DNA of 64,000 bases from Oopsacas minuta (taxonomy: Eukaryota; Animalia; Porifera), in NCBI GenBank assembly GCA_024704765.1, contig JAKMXF010000321.1, forward strand, positions 310,001 through 374,000, written 5' to 3'. Made by a program: the position numbers and the translations under genes. Of this stretch, positions 12,894-23,728 are shown in pieces; position 1 is the stretch's first letter, and each line of letters starts with the position of its first letter. The notes under the pieces were generated by a model, which had not been told where the DNA came from, made no database searches, and was given only the letters and a program-made list of their open reading frames with translations.

Positions 12894-15800
12894 TTATTGA
12901 AGTGTGCATTCTTGTGTCATATTTGATAAATATTTTGTTTCTAAATATTCGTGACATTCCTTCATTCTTGAGTGTATCTTTGATAATTGCTTTATCCTAT
13001 CCTCTGGATTTACATGTCCTAGCGTTAGAGAATAGTCCTGACTGATATTCATGAAAGAATCCGACTCGTTTGTTCCTATCGACTGGAGATAACAGAAAAT
13101 AGTTTGGAACTCTGTTACACATTCTCGGATTTTATCGTATAGGGTGTCGAAGAGATGAGGCTGTTCGCCAGTTGCTTTTAAAGCCTTTGTCCGTTCTAGC
13201 TCGTTTTCAAGTTTGCCGAATGCAATCTGCGTTCTTTTGCTTTCTTTTTCTAACAATTTTTGTTGTGCTTTCAGTTTCATATTTTCGTCGTTTATAAATT
13301 TCAATTGTTGATTGTATTTTTCTTTGTGTCTTATTCGCATATTTGTGAGTTCCCGTTCTGTCCTATCGTTCGCGGTTTTCACTTCATTTTCGCTGTCTCT
13401 TAACTTCACTTCCAACTCTTTATGTCTAATTCTTAACGATTCGTTATCATCTAATACTTGCTTCATTTCGGTTACTACTCTCGTTAACTTCAAATCATCT
13501 ATCTTAACTTGCTCTTGGTGGCTAGCAATACTAGCGTTTTGTTTTTCAATATGGTTAATCCATTTAGATTCGATTTGCAATTTATCATTAGAAATTGTTT
13601 GTGATTGTTTTAAGAAAGTTGCGTGTAAACTCTTAATTTGTTTTCTTAGAATAATATTCTCATCTTCCTTGTCAGAAAGATTATGTTTCAATTCAGATTC
13701 AGCATCCTGTAAACTGAGTATATGTTTCGTTTTTTCTTCACTTTCCTTCCCGATACCAATTAGTGCTCGTTCGTATTTACCTTGCATTTCTGAGAAGTTA
13801 GACTTCATTATGTCAGCTTCTCTATCTTTCGACATAGACATCTCAGCTAGTTTAACTTTAAGCGCTGTGTTTTCTAGTTCGATTTGCTGTTGTGATATGT
13901 TTTGAGAGTTTAATTCAGTTTCTGAACCCAATAATCGTAAAATTTGTAATTTACTCTTTTGTACTTGTTCTCTTAATTCATTTATTTCCTTCTTCTGTAC
14001 GGTTATAAGAGCCAGCTGTTCGTCATAAACTCGCTCGCTAATATCGTAGGGAGCATTCAGTTCAGAAGATTCCATATCCCAGTTTAGAGAGTGCTGAGAG
14101 CTGTGACGGAAATCTATAAAAGGAAGATTTTGAATTTAACAAATATTTTATTTTCTCTGAATTTTTATGTATTATGTCTAATACAATATTTGATTCTTCC
14201 AGAAACACCCAATTAAGAGGAGCTGGCAGTATTTAAGAGTGTCCCACTTGAAACTGAATACCTCTTGTCCTGTCCAGTGATTAAAACATTTCACTACCCA
14301 CGCTAGGAATAACTCTGACTCAACTTGCAAAGTATTTCCATATGAGATAAGTATATAGAAATACGATTCAGTTGTTATGCGCCTGTTTTCTGGGGATTAA
14401 TTATTGATAATAATGTTACGTAGCTTTTCGTTTCAGCCTTTGATCTCAAAATTTTCAGTTTATTAAGTTTATCAGACGAACCCTGAGTTTTAATTATCTA
14501 CAGATGCAAGATTCATGTATTTTAATGCGGTCTTTCCCTAGAAACAACATTGCCTCAATGTTATGCACTTGGTAAGATGATTGGCCAGATATAATAGCAA
14601 ATAAATTACCACAAATGTGTGAAAAGTAATCCAAACCAATCACTATGTAATCATATCTAATCAGCTGTATACCTAATTATTAGCAAATATTCATTCACCA
14701 ATACGTTCAGATAACTGCATGGTAGTCACCTATGATAGCAATCTGTTTACAAGATAATATAGTTCCATAGACAAACACCTGCAAGCTGTTATTAATTGTG
14801 ACTACTGAAATATACAGTCGCTAATTACTTAATAGAATGATGGAGGTGATTGGGGGTTAATCTAAACTTGAAATATCTAATTTTTGTAATCTGTCTAATC
14901 ATCTGATTTTACTGTAAGATATATGATTACAATAAAATTAGTATTGAATTCTATTGTTAGCTGCTTTTAGTTTCACAGATTTTCTACTCAGCAAATATTT
15001 TAAAAATTCATTCTACGTTTTAGAATAAAAGCAAAATAATGAAATTCTTAACTCTGCAAATTTCAAAATATTTACCGTAAATTTTAATAATATTTTGATT
15101 TTGTTTCAGAGATTATGTTTCAATATTTGAACCCTCTTCGTATCAAATTTCTCGATACCACTTCACAATAGATTTACACATACACACACACGCGGGTATT
15201 AAACCTCCCCTTAAAATTACTTATGGATTTATTGTCCCAGGCACATTACAACCTCCTCGTTAAAATAAGGCGTTATTATTAGTCATGTATATAAATGCTA
15301 GCACGTAGTAGAGGTCTGATAAGAAGTATCTCTTCGGAAACAAGAATTAGTACGTCTTATCCGATTAGGAATTGTAATTAAATGAGAACTATTTTGGCGT
15401 TGTAAGAAGTAGTATATGTTAACCGAGTAAGTCTTATCCGTATTGTATTGCTCTGTTCATTGTTTTACATGGACAAGCATACCTTTTGCGAATGTCAACG
15501 TTATTTTATCGAAAAAGCATTCGGAATATACAAAAACATCCTAAAATACAAATACAGTAAACTCCAGTTATATCGAACTCTTCTTATTTCGAAGTAATTA
15601 TCACGGCCCCTTGAGCTTCGATGTAACGGGAGTTGACTATAGTTGCCCTCATGCAAGTTCGCTTATTAGCAAGAAAATTCATGCTTCTGGAGTTATTTAT
15701 TTAACGAAATAATATACATACAATCCCTCACCTTTCAATAAGTTCACTGGCTTCATTTTCATGATAGAGCTGCTTCCACTAGACCCTGAGGATTCCACAG

Positions 15801-15990
15801 AACTAGAACTATTGCTACTTGCTGTAGTAATAGCACTAGCCGGTCTGCACGGCGTATCGGCACTAGCATACCCGTAGCTATTCGTAGAGGAGGTTAGATG
15901 CGACCATCTGTTACCTGTCTGTTTTAAGCTAGAGAATATATGACTACCTTCCTCGCTAGAATATATCGTATTGTCTGATGTTGAATACAT
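12894..15990 (-). CDS. CEP85/CEP85L-like centrosomal coiled-coil protein; exons 15732..15990 and 12894..14113 (about 492 aa)
   Basis: Long coiled coil ending YLETKYLSNMTQECTLQ, resembling the CEP85 C-terminus (recalled as ...RYAQDMGENCVTQ). Phase-1 donor AAAG|gtgagg and acceptor ttttatag|AT join the two ORFs in frame. Orthology not tested. Confidence 0.65.
15553..15641. mobile_element. MITE family A, short copy in CEP85-like intron
   Basis: tacagtaaactccagttatatcgaa ... ttcgatgtaacgggagttgactata terminal inverted repeats. Confidence 0.75.
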
Positions 15991-16265
15991 TTGTGTGTGT
16001 TAAGATGGCTGTAGGTTAGAGCTATTTATACAAAATGTAATGGTATATAGTGGATATGCACAGTTGATTTTAAAACAGCTAATTAAAGAACAAAATTACT
16101 GAGTATTCTGCCTCATTTGTTAGATCATTACCTGTTCTGAAAAGCAAATATGTTTTGGGTACTTTTGTCCAATTTTAAGGGCCCACCTCTCTCTAATGGG
16201 TCACTTGTTAATTTTATGATGGACCAGAGATACAACTGTTCATAGCATTCCTTCCGATTTGTATG

Positions 16266-16355
16266 TACTGTGCTGTTCGCATATTAACAGTATTCGCTTA
16301 ATAGCAAGGGAAATGCGTGCGAAATACGACTTGCTAATAGGCGAACTCCGGTGTA
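16266..16355. mobile_element. Small degenerate TIR element
   Basis: tactgtgctgttcgcatattaacag ... cttgctaataggcgaactccggtgta are imperfect inverted ends. Confidence 0.4.
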
Positions 16356-16514
16356 TTTACAGAATTTAGATATCTCTCAAGTGTTCTTCTATTAAGAATA
16401 GAATTTGTAGTATATTGTACTTTTTTCTGTAATTTTGTCTGTGAATTCTTAGATTAAGAGGGCTAACTCGAGGAACCATCCTACACAGCTGTCCTAATTA
16501 TCCCTCTCTGTTAC

Positions 16515-16703
16515 TACAGTGGAGTCTCCGAATAACGGACATGTTGGGGATATGGTATCTGTCCGTTGTAGGGAATTGTCCGCTCCTCAGAGACTGCGCA
16601 AGTAGTAATTACATGCTTGGAAAATCAATTCGTGCCACGAGGTTTGTCCGTTGTAGGGGGTTGTCCGCTTCTCGGAGTGTCCGTTTTGGGAGACTCCACT
16701 GTA
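16515..16703. mobile_element. MITE family C
   Basis: Perfect 15-bp inverted ends tacagtggagtctcc / ggagactccactgta (including the TA target site); internal duplicated gtccgttgtaggg..ttgtccgct.ctc. A related fragment lies at about 47459-47527. Confidence 0.8.
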
Positions 16704-17646
16704 TTATGTGTAGTCAAACTAGACACACTAAAATATCACACAGCTAGTCTGCCCTATTATAAATGATAGCATGATAATTCTAATACACATGTTGTAGCTG
16801 ATAGCTGATAGCTGTTGTAGTAATTGCGTGAACTACTGAATCAAATATTATCGAAACCGCAATTCAATACCTCCTACAGTATATATTGTAAGAATCCTGG
16901 CTGTAGATCTCATATTCATTTATTTATTTATCCACAAAATTTATACATCGGAACTTACTTGCTTAAGAGTGTTATGATATAGGATGAAACTTCCAAATTT
17001 CCACCACCTGAGTTCTCAATTCATTAAATACTATTTATTGCCTTTACTATAGTAAATGCAGAATATTGCACTCTTGGATCTGACCACGTATGTCTAAGTA
17101 AGACTCCTCGTATAAACCAGAAAAATTCAATCAAACTTCTTTGCAAAATTCATTAACCTGTAGCCCAGCTGCTGTATAATATACAACTGAGTTTATATTA
17201 AAATTCCTATCTGTGAATATATTTATTCGTTTCTGCGTATACCAAATGGCTTCTATACGCCGATAGAGATTACAAAGTTATTCTATTTCTATGAGATTAA
17301 TTAATACAAAGGTCTCTGTCCAATTTCTAAGAAGAACGAGGAGATTATATCAGAGTATATCGTATAGTCTTGTTCTGTGAATTACTGTATTCTTTAGATT
17401 TTTGTGAGAGAATTATACGCGGTTATTTGCAACTACTTGCAATAGTATTATAAGTGCAGCCCCTATAGGGTAATGCTCTCGCAGTCTGTACATCCGTCCG
17501 CGCCGCCGTGCGAAATCTAGCAGTCCTATTAACATAAAATCCTGTCACGAAATATTTGGATCATGTTGTCTTTTCCGCCGGACCAAATATGGAGTTATTA
17601 CTGATATACTGATTTCCTATTACAGTAAATTGTAGATTAGTTTCTT

Positions 17647-20600
17647 ATGACTAGTAACAGAAATTTCCCTTCAAATGACTCTCCTCTCCCTCTTCATAAC
17701 CAACTATACCCTAGCGTCAATACACCTGGACATTACATACCTTATCCTCCTAACCCACACCCACAGGTGTCATACACTCCCCAGCAACCAATGATGCCCG
17801 CTTACCCCATTAACAATGTGTATCAACAACAGTATAATCAATCTCCGGGATACTCCTGGTCACAGGGACAAATGGCAACTCCTACTCTACCTTCATATGA
17901 ACAAGTATATTCCCCAAACCAGCAGCATTGTATGTACCCAATACGTAACGAGTATGATCACACTAATGTACCTGGTAACCTCATGCATTGGAAAGCCCCT
18001 AGGGAACGAATCCAGCAGCCAGTCAATTTCCCTAACAGTGGGCAAATACGCGATCTGACAGGTGTCAAGAGTGTGGACAGTAATTTCCCTGAATTCGACC
18101 TGAATAGTCCAAATTTTGAGGATTTCCAAAATATTAATGAACCGGTTGGAGATATTGAAGAGAAGATGGAATGTGATACATTTCCACTTTTGAAAGAACT
18201 GGAAATGGGAGATAAACAGAAAACGAATTTACTTGAATTAGTAGATGACAAATCCATGGTCCAAAACACATCACAACCAATTGAACCTCTCACTAAGAAG
18301 CAAGATAATGACGTCACGAAATCAGACACAGAACAACCAGAGGAGGAAGACCTTTCTAAGGCATTTTGTCCTGAAAAAGAGTTCAAAGAAGATTCAGACG
18401 AGGAGCTAATTATTCGGCGGAAGAGACCTGCCCAAAAGGAGAATGAACAGAAACGTAAAGACAGTGATAGTGAGTTCAAAGCTAGCTCAAGTGAGCTAGA
18501 AAAATCCTCCGTTCCAACTAGCTCTCCTCCATCTTCTGGGTCTGAGTACGGGGCAGAAGAAGAGTTCGCTAAGTCTAAAAAGCTTCCTCCAAAAAAACGA
18601 TTACCTCCTGTTAGATCGACCTGGGTTGCAGATGAGTACAGGAGATCAGCTCGTGAAAAGAAGCCAACCAATAAGAAGGGAATTTATAAGAGAGGAGACA
18701 ACAGTTCAGATGATGAGACATATTCCTCTGACCCCCTCACTGACCTAGAGGAGAGATCATCCGGCTCAGAGTATTCTTACTGTTCTATGAGTGAAAGCGA
18801 TTATTCGACAGTTCAGGATTCCTCGACAGAAAGTGACCTAAGCTTCCTTCCCAAACGTCGGAAAGCCTCTGGTAGGAAGAAGAAATACGAATCAGATAGT
18901 TCGGATGTCCGTGTCAGGAAGAAACCCAAGAAAGATTATAGTTCTTCAAGCAGCAACGAATCGGCCACGCTAAAAAGGTTCAGACGATTAGATTCTAGAA
19001 AACGCCCCAAAAAATACAAAAAGAACAATTCTGATTGGTCAGAATTGAGTGATGATTTAATCGCTGCCTGTTTCAGTCCAGTTCGTAGTACCAGACGTGT
19101 CGCGAAAGGTGTTACTTATAAAGAGGCATCTGATTCCGACAAGGAAGGTTTATTAGGTGACAATGACTCGCCTCTTTCTCAAGCAGGTGAGGAACAATAC
19201 ATAGCTGAATCAGAACAAGTTGACACTATTGAGAGAATTCTGTTAAAGCGAACTGGAATTAAAGAAACTGAATATTTAATAAAATGGGCTAATATGTCTT
19301 ATCTACATAACACCTGGGAAACGGAGAGTAATCTGATTGGTTACGGAGTAAAGGGGATTAAGAAAGTATCTGTTTATGAACAGAAGTGTGAAGAGGAAAG
19401 GGTTTGGGCAGGAAATGCTACCCCCGAGGATCTGGAGGAATTCCAGCTACAACAGGAAATGCAAATGGAGATAATAGAATCACATACTCTTGTAGAACGT
19501 GTTATCTCCGTTAGGAACAAGGATAGCGATTCACCTGTTAGAGAGCATCTCTGTAAATGGGAGGGATTGCCATATACTGAGTGTACATGGGAGGAACAGG
19601 GAGTTATCAGTGATAAATTCCAGAATCATATAGATGATTATTACAGCAGACAAAATATGCTTAATATCCCACATAGGAGTGCTAGAGTTTCTAAAAATAG
19701 ACCTAACTTCAAAGCGATACCTTCTCAGCCTAAATGGCTCGGAAAACCACTTGACGGAGATGTGAACTCACAACAAACAGACCCTTCAGAGCCCCCATCT
19801 TCCCCTTTGGTACTCCGTGACTACCAGTTAGAGGGATTAAACTGGTTAGTATATTCCTGGTGTAAGCACAACTCAGTTATTCTAGCAGACGAAATGGGTT
19901 TGGGTAAAACTATACAAACTATAGCATTCTTACACTACTTGTATAAAGTGTATCAGCTGTACGGTCCATTCTTGATTGTTGTTAGGCTAAGCACGCTAGC
20001 TGTTTGGCAACGAGAATTCGCCAAATGGGCGCCAGAATTGAACATAGTTGTGTACATAGGGGATGCCCAGTCACGTGGCATGATAAAGCAATATGAATGG
20101 GAGAACGAATCTGGTAAAATCCAGTTTAACGTTCTTATTACTACTTATGAGATTCTATTAAGAGATAAGGAAGCGCTAGGGGAACTCAATTGGGCTGTTC
20201 TAGCTGTAGACGAGGGTCACAGGCTTAAGAACGATGATTCGATGGTGTATCAGGCTCTTATGGAGTTCAGTACACAGTTTAGAATGTGTATAACCGGTAC
20301 ACCGTTACAGAACTCGTTACGGGAATTATGGTGTTTGCTACACTTCACTCAGAGCGAACGATTCCCAAAATGGGAAGAATTTGAGAAACATCACAGATTG
20401 TATGACGAGGGTGATGCCTCGGGACTTGACCAGCTCCACGCGGAGCTACAACCATACCTCTTGCGACGTGTAAAGAGAGATGTGGAAAAATCCCTCCCGT
20501 CTAAAGTCGAACGCATTCTAACCGTTGAAATGTCCGCACTACAACGTGAATATTACAGACACATACTAACTAGGAATTTCAAAGCCTTAATGAAAACAGG

Positions 20601-22959
20601 CAAGGCTAAAGCACATAGATCAAGTTTCATAAACGTCCTTATGGAATTACAAAAGTGTTGCAACCACGCGCATCTCACCGTATCCCCAGATGAAGACGAT
20701 AAAGAGGACAGACAGGAGAGATTACAGCATATACTACGGGGTAGTGGGAAGATGGTATTGCTAGATAAGTTACTAACAAGAATGAAGGAGAGAGGACATA
20801 GAGTATTAATATTCTCACAGATGGTTAGAATGTTAGATATTATATCGGATTATTTGCAGTTGAAAAGATGGCAACATCAACGCTTGGATGGTTCTATCAA
20901 GAGAGAAGATAGACAGATTGCTTTGGACCATTTTAACGCAGATAATTCAACTGATTTCTGTTTCCTACTCAGCACGAAGGCAGGAGGTCTTGGTATAAAT
21001 TTAGCAACAGCTGATACAGTTGTCATATACGATTCAGACTGGAATCCGCAAAATGACCTACAAGCTCAGGCACGTGCACATCGTATAGGACAAAAGAAGC
21101 AAGTAAACATTTACAGAATTGTTACTAAAAATAGTATCGAGGTTGATATTATTGAGAGAGCAAAACGTAAAATGGTTTTGGACCATTTGGTGATTCAGCG
21201 GATGGATACAACGGGTCGTACTGTCCTCTCTAACTCAGAGGGGGGACAAAGCACTCAAGTACCGTTTAGTAAGGACGAGTTGGACGCTGTGTTAAAGTTC
21301 GGAGCTGCGGAGATATTTCGGGAAGATGGCGAGCAAGACAAGCGATTACAAGAGATGGATATAGATGCTCTGATTAACCAGGCAGAAACAGCTACAATGG
21401 AGCCAAGGATTAATAGCAAAGCTGAAGAACTGCTCTCTCAATTCAAAATAGCTAACATCGCTTCTCTAGGTTTGGAGGGTGACGATACTCCGGCAGAGGT
21501 AAAGACCCCCAAGCGGTCTGTATCTAAGTCTTTCTCAGAATACCCTCTTGAGGAAAGACAGAATTTGAAAAGTTGGGAAGACATAATTCCTCAAAAATTC
21601 CTAGACGACTTGTCTGACGAAGAATTGTATAAAGAACAGCTGCTATTCTTAGATCACAGAACACGTAGTGCTCGTAAGAATATTAAGTATAATGAAGTAC
21701 AGTCTCCGTTAAAACAGGCTATGACTAAGACACAGGGGAAGAAAGCATCAAGCTCTAAATCTAGGAGAGACCGGCCCAAGTCGGATTATGTGCAATCAGA
21801 TGAGGAAGTATTTGAGATAGAAGTTGAAGCGTTTGATGATAGTGAGATACGGCGGTTCATAAAGAGTTATAACAAGTTCCCACGGCCTGAGTCCCGTATT
21901 GAAGATATAGCTCAGGACTCTGATCTTGTTGACCGGTCAAGAGTTGAGCTGACCTCATTAATAACTGCATTACAGGAGGGTTGTGATCAAACTGAAAGTA
22001 AGAATGGTTTATTTCAGTTAGGGGGAGTGTTGGTTAGTGCTAAGTCTGTTATAAAACGAATGGGGGAACTTGAGAACCTCGCGAAGGCCTTGCCAGAGGA
22101 TAATCCGTTCTCTTACAATGTTGGTAAGATTACACGCCCCCCTGATTGGGGATCAATACGGTGGTCAAGTGTCCAGGATTCTATGTTGTTAGTTGGTATT
22201 AGTCTCCATGGATTTGGTAATTGGCAAGCTCTAAAGGCTGATAAGCGGTTAAACTTGTCAGGAATTCTTCCGAAAAATCCGAGTCTCAGACCACAAACTA
22301 GCCATTTGAAAACCCGAGCCGAGACTTTGTTGAAAAAACTCGAAAGAGTTAAATTTGTGAGAGAAAAGAGTAAAGAGAAATCTTCCAGAAATAAAAGTAA
22401 GAAAGATAGGCCAGAAATGGGAGATTTTAAACGGAGATATCCAATTAAAATTCCTATTAAGGATCTGGAAAAAGTGCCGGAACCACACGCTGCAAAAGGT
22501 TCCGGTTCTGAAAGTGATCACTCAGAATCTGGTGCTTCTAATAAAATGGAAATGGAGACATTTGAAGAATGCAAAAAGATTTTAAAACCGGTCAAAAAAG
22601 CTCTTAACAAACTTGAACGTTCTTACAGCGACTCATCTAAAATGTCAAAATCTTCCGTCCCCTCTACATCAAGTTTGTTAGAAATTGGTGGAGAAATTGA
22701 CAAATACATAAAAACACACAAACACGACGATGATGTAGAATTCATGTTAGAGAATTTATGGAAATTTGTTTCTCTGTTTACCCCAGTTATGTCTGAAGTT
22801 CTTTTAACACATTACAAACGGATTTCACGCGCCAAGACACCAAAAAGGGACAAATCATCACGTTCACACATGGTTAAAAAGAGCTCAAAGAGTAGCTCTA
22901 AAAAAGGAAAATACAAAACAGAACTTTCAAAGACTGGTCAGAAACGAAGGAGAAAATAA
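17647..22959 (+). CDS. CHD1: Chromodomain-helicase-DNA-binding protein 1/2, intronless CDS, 1770 aa
   Basis: Tandem chromodomains (YLIKW...HNTWE; LCKWEGLPYTECTWE), SNF2 ATPase (ILADEMGLGKTIQT, DEGH, TGTPLQN), HelicC (LLSTKAGGLGINL, DSDWNPQNDLQAQARAHRIGQ), DNA-binding domain (DSMLLVGISLHGFGNW), C-terminal CHCT-like helices. Confidence 0.95.
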   Translation: MTSNRNFPSNDSPLPLHNQLYPSVNTPGHYIPYPPNPHPQVSYTPQQPMMPAYPINNVYQQQYNQSPGYSWSQGQMATPTLPSYEQVYSPNQQHCMYPIRNEYDHTNVPGNLMHWKAPRERIQQPVNFPNSGQIRDLTGVKSVDSNFPEFDLNSPNFEDFQNINEPVGDIEEKMECDTFPLLKELEMGDKQKTNLLELVDDKSMVQNTSQPIEPLTKKQDNDVTKSDTEQPEEEDLSKAFCPEKEFKEDSDEELIIRRKRPAQKENEQKRKDSDSEFKASSSELEKSSVPTSSPPSSGSEYGAEEEFAKSKKLPPKKRLPPVRSTWVADEYRRSAREKKPTNKKGIYKRGDNSSDDETYSSDPLTDLEERSSGSEYSYCSMSESDYSTVQDSSTESDLSFLPKRRKASGRKKKYESDSSDVRVRKKPKKDYSSSSSNESATLKRFRRLDSRKRPKKYKKNNSDWSELSDDLIAACFSPVRSTRRVAKGVTYKEASDSDKEGLLGDNDSPLSQAGEEQYIAESEQVDTIERILLKRTGIKETEYLIKWANMSYLHNTWETESNLIGYGVKGIKKVSVYEQKCEEERVWAGNATPEDLEEFQLQQEMQMEIIESHTLVERVISVRNKDSDSPVREHLCKWEGLPYTECTWEEQGVISDKFQNHIDDYYSRQNMLNIPHRSARVSKNRPNFKAIPSQPKWLGKPLDGDVNSQQTDPSEPPSSPLVLRDYQLEGLNWLVYSWCKHNSVILADEMGLGKTIQTIAFLHYLYKVYQLYGPFLIVVRLSTLAVWQREFAKWAPELNIVVYIGDAQSRGMIKQYEWENESGKIQFNVLITTYEILLRDKEALGELNWAVLAVDEGHRLKNDDSMVYQALMEFSTQFRMCITGTPLQNSLRELWCLLHFTQSERFPKWEEFEKHHRLYDEGDASGLDQLHAELQPYLLRRVKRDVEKSLPSKVERILTVEMSALQREYYRHILTRNFKALMKTGKAKAHRSSFINVLMELQKCCNHAHLTVSPDEDDKEDRQERLQHILRGSGKMVLLDKLLTRMKERGHRVLIFSQMVRMLDIISDYLQLKRWQHQRLDGSIKREDRQIALDHFNADNSTDFCFLLSTKAGGLGINLATADTVVIYDSDWNPQNDLQAQARAHRIGQKKQVNIYRIVTKNSIEVDIIERAKRKMVLDHLVIQRMDTTGRTVLSNSEGGQSTQVPFSKDELDAVLKFGAAEIFREDGEQDKRLQEMDIDALINQAETATMEPRINSKAEELLSQFKIANIASLGLEGDDTPAEVKTPKRSVSKSFSEYPLEERQNLKSWEDIIPQKFLDDLSDEELYKEQLLFLDHRTRSARKNIKYNEVQSPLKQAMTKTQGKKASSSKSRRDRPKSDYVQSDEEVFEIEVEAFDDSEIRRFIKSYNKFPRPESRIEDIAQDSDLVDRSRVELTSLITALQEGCDQTESKNGLFQLGGVLVSAKSVIKRMGELENLAKALPEDNPFSYNVGKITRPPDWGSIRWSSVQDSMLLVGISLHGFGNWQALKADKRLNLSGILPKNPSLRPQTSHLKTRAETLLKKLERVKFVREKSKEKSSRNKSKKDRPEMGDFKRRYPIKIPIKDLEKVPEPHAAKGSGSESDHSESGASNKMEMETFEECKKILKPVKKALNKLERSYSDSSKMSKSSVPSTSSLLEIGGEIDKYIKTHKHDDDVEFMLENLWKFVSLFTPVMSEVLLTHYKRISRAKTPKRDKSSRSHMVKKSSKSSSKKGKYKTELSKTGQKRRRK

Positions 22960-23728
22960 ATCAATAATAGTTCAGATATTTTATGGATTGACTTTAGTGA
23001 ACATAGCAAGCAGTTAACAAATTTAATATTTCTATGTTGTTTGATGGTGACTACTATTATGTGTCTTATACGCTACTATTTAGTGATGTACGAAGTACGT
23101 CCGTATGCGGTGTCCTGAGAAAACTAGTCCAATTTACATGAAAATGGGTAGATGGATACATTTTGGGGTGTGAGTTGCACCTAGGGTATGTAATTCTTCT
23201 AGTGTGAATATTTTAACACTTTTTTGGCATTGAAGGCTTTTAGCATTATTGAATACTCCCATTCTATTGGTTCTATTGCCTCCATGTAATTACACTGGCA
23301 CTGCATTTGCCGACGATTGAATTTTTTGTGAGATCCTTCGAGATAACAATCTATATTGTTATTCTTTCTTTCTCACTACATAATACATACCATTGTATAT
23401 AGTGAGTACTGATAAAGCTCAGTACTTGTTACAACATGTTATATTGCAGTATATTTATACGTAAATAACATTACCTCATATTAGATGGCTAATATTACTA
23501 GGATAGTATACCATTGTATTTAGCTGTGTTGTGTTAACGAAAATCCACACTGATATCAGATTTACTTCCATGTTTGTTAGTTGTTCGTAAATACAGTAAT
23601 TTATAAGACAAACTACACAGTAACCATGGTAACCGCCATATGTACAAAGTACAGTAACAGTCTCATGGCCCGGCATTATACAGTTGAACTATAATTATAT
23701 ATTACAATTTTAACAATGAACAGTCTTT

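Noticed and set aside
14190-14310. Coding-looking plus-strand stretch (EELAVFKSVPLETEYLLSCPVIKTFHYPR) in the CEP85-like intron
   Set aside because: Only about 30 codons, preceded by a stop, with no linkable upstream exon or recognisable homology.
15656-16347. 18-bp inverted repeat (agttcgcttattagcaag / cttgctaataggcgaact) bracketing CEP85-like exon 1, suggesting exon capture by a transposon
   Set aside because: The right arm belongs to a self-contained small element (16266-16355), the left arm lacks a proper terminus, and no target-site duplication is visible.
17958-18671. 237-aa antisense ORF inside CHD1, and similar shadow ORFs (13312-13905, 42752-43258, 58283-58594, 45976-46248, 26822-27145)
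   Set aside because: They lie opposite strong coding frames with biased codon use, have low-complexity or implausible composition, and show no motifs.
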